From NCBI GenBank assembly GCA_003533825.1, contig DQCG01000609.1:1-39167 (forward strand): a stretch of 39,167 bases of DNA, in the 5' to 3' direction. This DNA is from Phycisphaerales bacterium. GTDB taxonomy: Bacteria > Planctomycetota > Phycisphaerae > Sedimentisphaerales > Anaerobacaceae. Positions 35,866 through 39,167 of the stretch are shown piece by piece. The notes beneath the pieces are model-generated. The model saw only the letters and a program-made list of their open reading frames with translations. It had not been told where the DNA came from and did no database searches. Position numbers and translations under genes: made by a program. The stretch's first letter is position 1. Each line of letters begins with the position of its first letter.

Positions 35866-36768
35866 ATGGTTCGTGGCGAAAAAACCAAGGGAATGGTAGT
35901 TATGCTGTTGTTTTTTGGTACGGCGATCGTAAATGCTGCACCAACGATTAACGATAGCGATGGCGATATCTTCCTCTGCGCCAGGCCTTCAGGTTTATAC
36001 ATATATCCTCACTGCAGGCAAGATATAGACCACGTTACCGGACTATTCAATTCACACTTAGATTCCATCTCTAAGGAATTTCACAGGCCACCTGTTAAAA
36101 ATGGCAAGTTGCAGAATACGTATATGGGCGTAAAATCATTGCCCCCAGCGCCAAAAACACTGCTGATGGTCCTGGTTGGATTCCTGTGTGTATCACTGGT
36201 AAAGGATCGCAGAGTTTGGCTTGCGGCATTGGCAGGCCTGCTATGGGCCGGCCAGGCCGGAGTCTCTATTTTGCCGCAGTTGGCTGCAAATATAGCCGGC
36301 AGAGGAAGAAGTGAAAAACAATCATCTGATCATCAGGTTGCTCACCTAACCGGGCAAAAACATCCATATCGTCTGCGAAGTGATATTGAAGGTACATGCT
36401 ATATCGGCCTGCTGCGTCATTTAGAAGGAATTCCTAAATCCGGGAAATCATTTATACCGAACACAATAGTAAGGCATAAATTTCAACAGGGAACTGAGAG
36501 AATTTCAATATGGTCTTCCTTTCGAACATGTTCCATATCTAAGTCTTTGCAAAGACTTGCTAATCATAAGTTTTTTTCTTTACCTAAGAACAACCTTCAA
36601 AAAGAGAATCGTTATTGTGGAGAAGAATCCCATTCCGCAATAGCGGCACTTTCTTCCTGCCTATTCCAGGTAACAGAGTGCCTGGCTCCAGGTGCCAGGC
36701 AACATGTCCTTTATTCATCATCATTTAATATTGCCAGCCTGGCCCGAGGTCCGCCGAATTTAAAATAA
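35866..36768 (+). CDS. hypothetical secreted/membrane protein with an internal PEP-CTERM-like segment
   Basis: RBS GAGGAG. Signal-peptide-like MVVMLLFFGTAIVNA-AP. Internal SLPPAPKTLLMVLVGFLCVSLVKDRR at aa 91-116, then a second hydrophobic segment and a ~170-aa basic, Ser/Cys/His-rich tail. No family recognised. Confidence 0.5.
   Translation: MVRGEKTKGMVVMLLFFGTAIVNAAPTINDSDGDIFLCARPSGLYIYPHCRQDIDHVTGLFNSHLDSISKEFHRPPVKNGKLQNTYMGVKSLPPAPKTLLMVLVGFLCVSLVKDRRVWLAALAGLLWAGQAGVSILPQLAANIAGRGRSEKQSSDHQVAHLTGQKHPYRLRSDIEGTCYIGLLRHLEGIPKSGKSFIPNTIVRHKFQQGTERISIWSSFRTCSISKSLQRLANHKFFSLPKNNLQKENRYCGEESHSAIAALSSCLFQVTECLAPGARQHVLYSSSFNIASLARGPPNLK
36136..36213 (+). other. internal PEP-CTERM-like tripartite motif (P-A-P, hydrophobic helix, basic cluster)
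   Basis: SLPPAPKTLLMVLVGFLCVSLVKDRR. Compare the genuine C-terminal signal of the next gene, VIPAPGAILLSSIGVCLVGWLRRRKTL. Confidence 0.45.
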
Positions 36769-36827
36769 ATCGTCAGACTCTTTTCGAACAGGATATATGC
36801 ATTAATCCCTTTATTATGAATGAAGGT

Positions 36828-36842
36828 TGGTGTGGGCCTTGC
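36828..36842 (+). promoter_or_regulatory. candidate sigma-54 (-24/-12) promoter TGG-N8-TTGC
   Basis: TGGTGTGGGCCTTGC has the GG/GC elements at the canonical spacing (consensus TGGCACG-N4-TTGC). It lies 137 nt upstream of ATG 36979 in an intergenic gap. Several chance matches are expected in 39 kb. Confidence 0.2.
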
Positions 36843-36978
36843 CGGATGGATAAGACGAAGAACCCTATGGGGTTAAATGATTTAGATTGTGCCTTAATGG
36901 ATGAGTAGGCATATAAAGCGATTACACACATGCGGATTTCCTGCTCTCCGAGAGGTTTTGTAATAAGGAAGGATATAT

Positions 36979-37638
36979 ATGAAAGCTAAGGATGGTATGA
37001 GAATCTTGTCTAAGGTTAAGTATTTAAAGAAATATTGTGCGTCACGAATAAGCTTGTTTAGGCCTGTTGGGAGCAACCCATTTGTGCTGCCTGTTTTCAC
37101 AGTGCTTACAGCGGTTTTGCAAAAATCGGCGAAAACAGCAGTTTGTCTATCCGTGGTTATGTTGCTTTTCGGAGGATTAAGCACACCGGCAAATGCCATG
37201 CCGACTTTAGATCTGACAAACGCAGGCAATTCCGGATACACTGATCTTGCCTTTACCGGTAAACTTATGTTCCGAGTAACGATTGAAATCTATTTGGCAG
37301 ATGTGGGAAGTTTTACGAAAAATCCTCAGAAATACGGCTACATGATTTACGACTTCGATGCCGGCAATCTGGTCAAATTCAAATGGGGCAAGATGAATTG
37401 GCAGCACAATAAACCAAACGGCCCCGGAGAGTATATACCAAACGGTATATTTAACGATGGGGCACTTGCCTTTTTGTTTCCGAAGTTCGATCAATTTTAT
37501 CCAAATAAGCCCGGGATAAAGGATTTGGATGTCACAGCGGCCACGCCGCCGCCGGTAATTCCTGCTCCAGGTGCTATTCTTTTAAGCAGCATTGGCGTGT
37601 GTCTTGTAGGCTGGCTGCGCAGACGTAAAACACTATAG
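36979..37638 (+). CDS. PEP-CTERM sorting-domain protein (exosortase substrate)
   Basis: Strong RBS AAGGAAGGA. Signal peptide ...KTAVCLSVVMLLFGGLSTPANA-M (TTG 37117 is an alternative shorter start). The C-terminus TPPPVIPAPGAILLSSIGVCLVGWLRRRKTL* has the motif, TM helix and Arg-rich cluster of a PEP-CTERM signal. Confidence 0.8.
   Translation: MKAKDGMRILSKVKYLKKYCASRISLFRPVGSNPFVLPVFTVLTAVLQKSAKTAVCLSVVMLLFGGLSTPANAMPTLDLTNAGNSGYTDLAFTGKLMFRVTIEIYLADVGSFTKNPQKYGYMIYDFDAGNLVKFKWGKMNWQHNKPNGPGEYIPNGIFNDGALAFLFPKFDQFYPNKPGIKDLDVTAATPPPVIPAPGAILLSSIGVCLVGWLRRRKTL
37555..37635 (+). other. C-terminal PEP-CTERM sorting signal (PAPGA variant)
   Basis: VIPAPGAILLSSIGVCLVGWLRRRKTL are the last 27 codons before the stop. 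Confidence 0.8.
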
Positions 37639-37674
37639 ACAGATACGAACAATTGCATTAGAGGAGCATATATC

Positions 37675-37715
37675 AAAAAAGGCGGAGGTTATACGTCTTC
37701 GCCTTTTTTGATTTT
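37675..37715. terminator. Rho-independent, potentially bidirectional terminator between convergent genes
   Basis: AAAAAA-GGCGGAG-gttatacgt-CTTCGCC-TTTTTTGATTTTT. The 7-bp stem (37681-37687 / 37697-37703) has one G-U pair on the plus strand, which becomes an A-C mismatch on the minus strand. An A-tract lies 5' and a T-tract lies 3'. Confidence 0.7.
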
Positions 37716-37849
37716 TATGTCAGGAACAAGAATTTTGCAGAATTTCATTGAGAAATTGTTGTTCCTGCCGCCGCAGCCGGTGCTTTTCGAAGTCACCGGG
37801 GTAAGCGGATTTTGCCCTGTTGGATTTGAGTGAGCTATAATTGTACTTT

Positions 37850-38674
37850 TCAAACAATTGGTACGGCCCGCCAGTTTCCGATGCCGTCCCACCAGAAACT
37901 GATGTAGTCAAAAACAGCCCTGTTTTGGTATTTCTGTTTGCTTATAGCTATTGCCATATCGCGAAGCTCACTCATGCAGATCAGTCCCCCGGTTTGCCAT
38001 GCGCTGACACCAATACCGACCGCTTCCTGCTCCACCTGCTTCAGGTCCGTTATATCAGCCGTCAAAAGTCCGGCGAGTTTTTCAGCCTCTGGTTTCAGTA
38101 TTTCCTGCCAGTAGAGACGATCCGATTCTTCCCTGGCTAAGACCTCGTCCAGCAGGCGTTTTCTGTCTCTTTGTTTCTTTTCTCGTTCGTCTTTGGTATA
38201 GGCCAGCCGTTCAGCGCGGTGTTTTCGACTTGCGGGAAGTATCAGTTCGAGAAGGCCAATCGAAGGATCGACAACCACCCAGACAAGAAATGTTGTCCCA
38301 AGAGTTCCCATCGCAATGCCCAGAAGGAACTGGCTGATTGTATTTATGCCTATCATTCCCAGTAAGCCGGAAAGGCAGCCCAGAAATGGAGCTAAAACAT
38401 AGAACACCGCGTAATATATCGTACTGGTCAGCGGATGTTCCACCTGAACTTTTTGGCTGCTGCTGATACCTCTGAAAATTGCGAATAGATATAGACTGAC
38501 CAATATGAGAATGATTAACGCGCCTTGCCCTGAGAGGGAAAAGACGACCAACCATCGAACGCCGGCCTGTCGCAAGGCTACAACCAGGATATAGCCGACG
38601 CACAGAATGAACCAGACCGTGCTGGCAATGTGAGCAATTCTCAATCCATCTCGCCGCCCCAACACTATTATCAC
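37850..38674 (-). CDS. hypothetical integral membrane protein (~5 TM) with a charged coiled-coil-like segment and a C-terminal soluble domain
   Basis: Hydrophobic helices include IASTVWFILCVGYILVVAL, GALIILILVSLYLFAIF, IYYAVFYVLAPFLGCLSGLLGMI and LLGIAMGTLGTTFLVWVVV. They are followed by RKHRAERLAYTKDEREKKQRDRKRLLDEVLAREESDRLYWQEIL. The gene starts 43 nt downstream of the Wza-like gene on the same strand. No family recognised. Confidence 0.65.
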   Translation of the reverse strand: MIIVLGRRDGLRIAHIASTVWFILCVGYILVVALRQAGVRWLVVFSLSGQGALIILILVSLYLFAIFRGISSSQKVQVEHPLTSTIYYAVFYVLAPFLGCLSGLLGMIGINTISQFLLGIAMGTLGTTFLVWVVVDPSIGLLELILPASRKHRAERLAYTKDEREKKQRDRKRLLDEVLAREESDRLYWQEILKPEAEKLAGLLTADITDLKQVEQEAVGIGVSAWQTGGLICMSELRDMAIAISKQKYQNRAVFDYISFWWDGIGNWRAVPIV

Positions 38675-38717
38675 TCTCCTGTTCTAAATTCTTAAAACAT
38701 TGTTAGCTGCAAAGCTG

Positions 38718-39167
38718 TCAATAGCCCATGCCGACGCCGCGGTAGCGCGTAGCATCTTCTGATGTTCCGCCTCCCATCAAATAGTAACCGGAAAACGCTC
38801 TCGCAATTGGCCGTATGAACTCTTCTATCTTCATTGCTGCCGCAGCTAATATGGTCGGTGGCACGTATATGATATCACCTTCCTGCAGCAGAACATCCTT
38901 AGTGGCATCGCCATGAGCAGCCGCACGGTCGAAGTTAAATTCAAAGATTTTGGGCTTAACATTCTCATTGCTTGACGGCCTTATTACCTGGATACGTTGC
39001 TCCCAGGCCAATACAGTCGGGCTTCCTGCGAGTGCTAATGCGCCTATGACTGTATCGCGTCCCGAATAGGCTTGTGCGCCGGGAGAGGCAACCTGGCCAA
39101 AAACGTAGATCCTTTTGCTCCTGATAGCAACGATACGAACGTCGATCGGGTTATCACCTTCAATTTG
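38718..39167 (-). CDS. polysaccharide export protein (Wza/EpsE-like OPX, SLBB-type domain), 5'-truncated by the window edge
   Basis: The minus-strand frame is open from the window edge: QIEGDNPIDVRIVAIRSKRIYVFGQVASPGAQAYSGRDTVIGALALAGSPTVLAWEQRIQVIRP...LLQEGDIIYVPP. The V.G.V..PG.....G.T...A...AGG pattern and the L..GD.I.VP pattern are typical of Poly_export/SLBB domains. The M at 39011 in the ORF track is only an internal TTG. Confidence 0.8.
   Translation of the reverse strand, partial: QIEGDNPIDVRIVAIRSKRIYVFGQVASPGAQAYSGRDTVIGALALAGSPTVLAWEQRIQVIRPSSNENVKPKIFEFNFDRAAAHGDATKDVLLQEGDIIYVPPTILAAAAMKIEEFIRPIARAFSGYYLMGGGTSEDATRYRGVGMGY

Noticed and set aside
1-39167. Search by eye for CRISPR arrays, tRNA/rRNA genes, IS elements, integrases and phage genes
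   Set aside because: I saw no regularly spaced direct repeats, no cloverleaf-like or rRNA-like conserved stretches, and no ORF with transposase (DDE), recombinase or phage structural motifs. Short or degenerate elements could be missed without software.
1-39167. Possibility that the window hides an anti-phage defence or toxin-antitoxin system
   Set aside because: I recognised no nuclease, helicase, methylase/restriction, TIR, SIR2, Cas, reverse-transcriptase or small paired toxin-antitoxin ORFs. Every sizeable ORF fits an envelope-polysaccharide/exosortase context.

Overview
This 39.2 kb window is a tightly packed, almost entirely plus-strand exopolysaccharide (EPS) biosynthesis and export island of the PEP-CTERM/exosortase type. 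From 5' to 3' it contains four blocks. (1) A decoration and polymerisation block: an LbH acetyltransferase, a methyltransferase/kinase-like fusion, a Wzy/O-antigen-ligase-like membrane protein, FemAB/CelD-like and classical GNATs, a NodB deacetylase, a GT2, an unrecognised secreted protein, a GT1, a PaaK/CapK-like ligase, a split Alg14/Alg13-like glycosyltransferase and a second LbH acetyltransferase. (2) A tailoring cassette centred on an acyl carrier protein: ACP, an AsnB-like amidotransferase, a NadE-like PP-loop enzyme, an AMP-forming ligase, a class-III aminotransferase and a WbuX/PseA-like N-acetyl-sugar amidotransferase. (3) An SGNH-like plus AT3 O-acylation pair. (4) The assembly core: exosortase, PCP-2a/BY-kinase, priming phosphoglycosyltransferase, a 1392-aa TPR protein and a small LuxR-type regulator. 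A ~600 bp AT-rich non-coding gap follows. After it come two small secreted-protein genes, one with a textbook C-terminal PEP-CTERM signal and one with a PEP-CTERM-like signal in the middle of the ORF. At the right edge, two minus-strand genes (an unknown membrane protein and a window-truncated Wza-like exporter) converge on a bidirectional terminator. I recognised no rRNA, tRNA, CRISPR array, transposase or integrase. The best candidate for something undescribed is this: the exosortase and the priming glycosyltransferase each carry an N-terminal, apparently degenerate nucleotidyltransferase+LbH module. The two modules align with each other by eye, and the two genes bracket the chain-length/tyrosine-kinase gene. 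Other candidates are the unusual ACP/multi-amidotransferase cassette, the WbdD-like methyltransferase-kinase, and the ORF with an internal sorting signal. The PAPGA-type PEP-CTERM tail and ~45-50% GC resemble PVC-group (Phycisphaerae-like) genomes, but that is a weak guess. All calls rest on motif recognition by eye in the supplied ORF translations. No searches were run.
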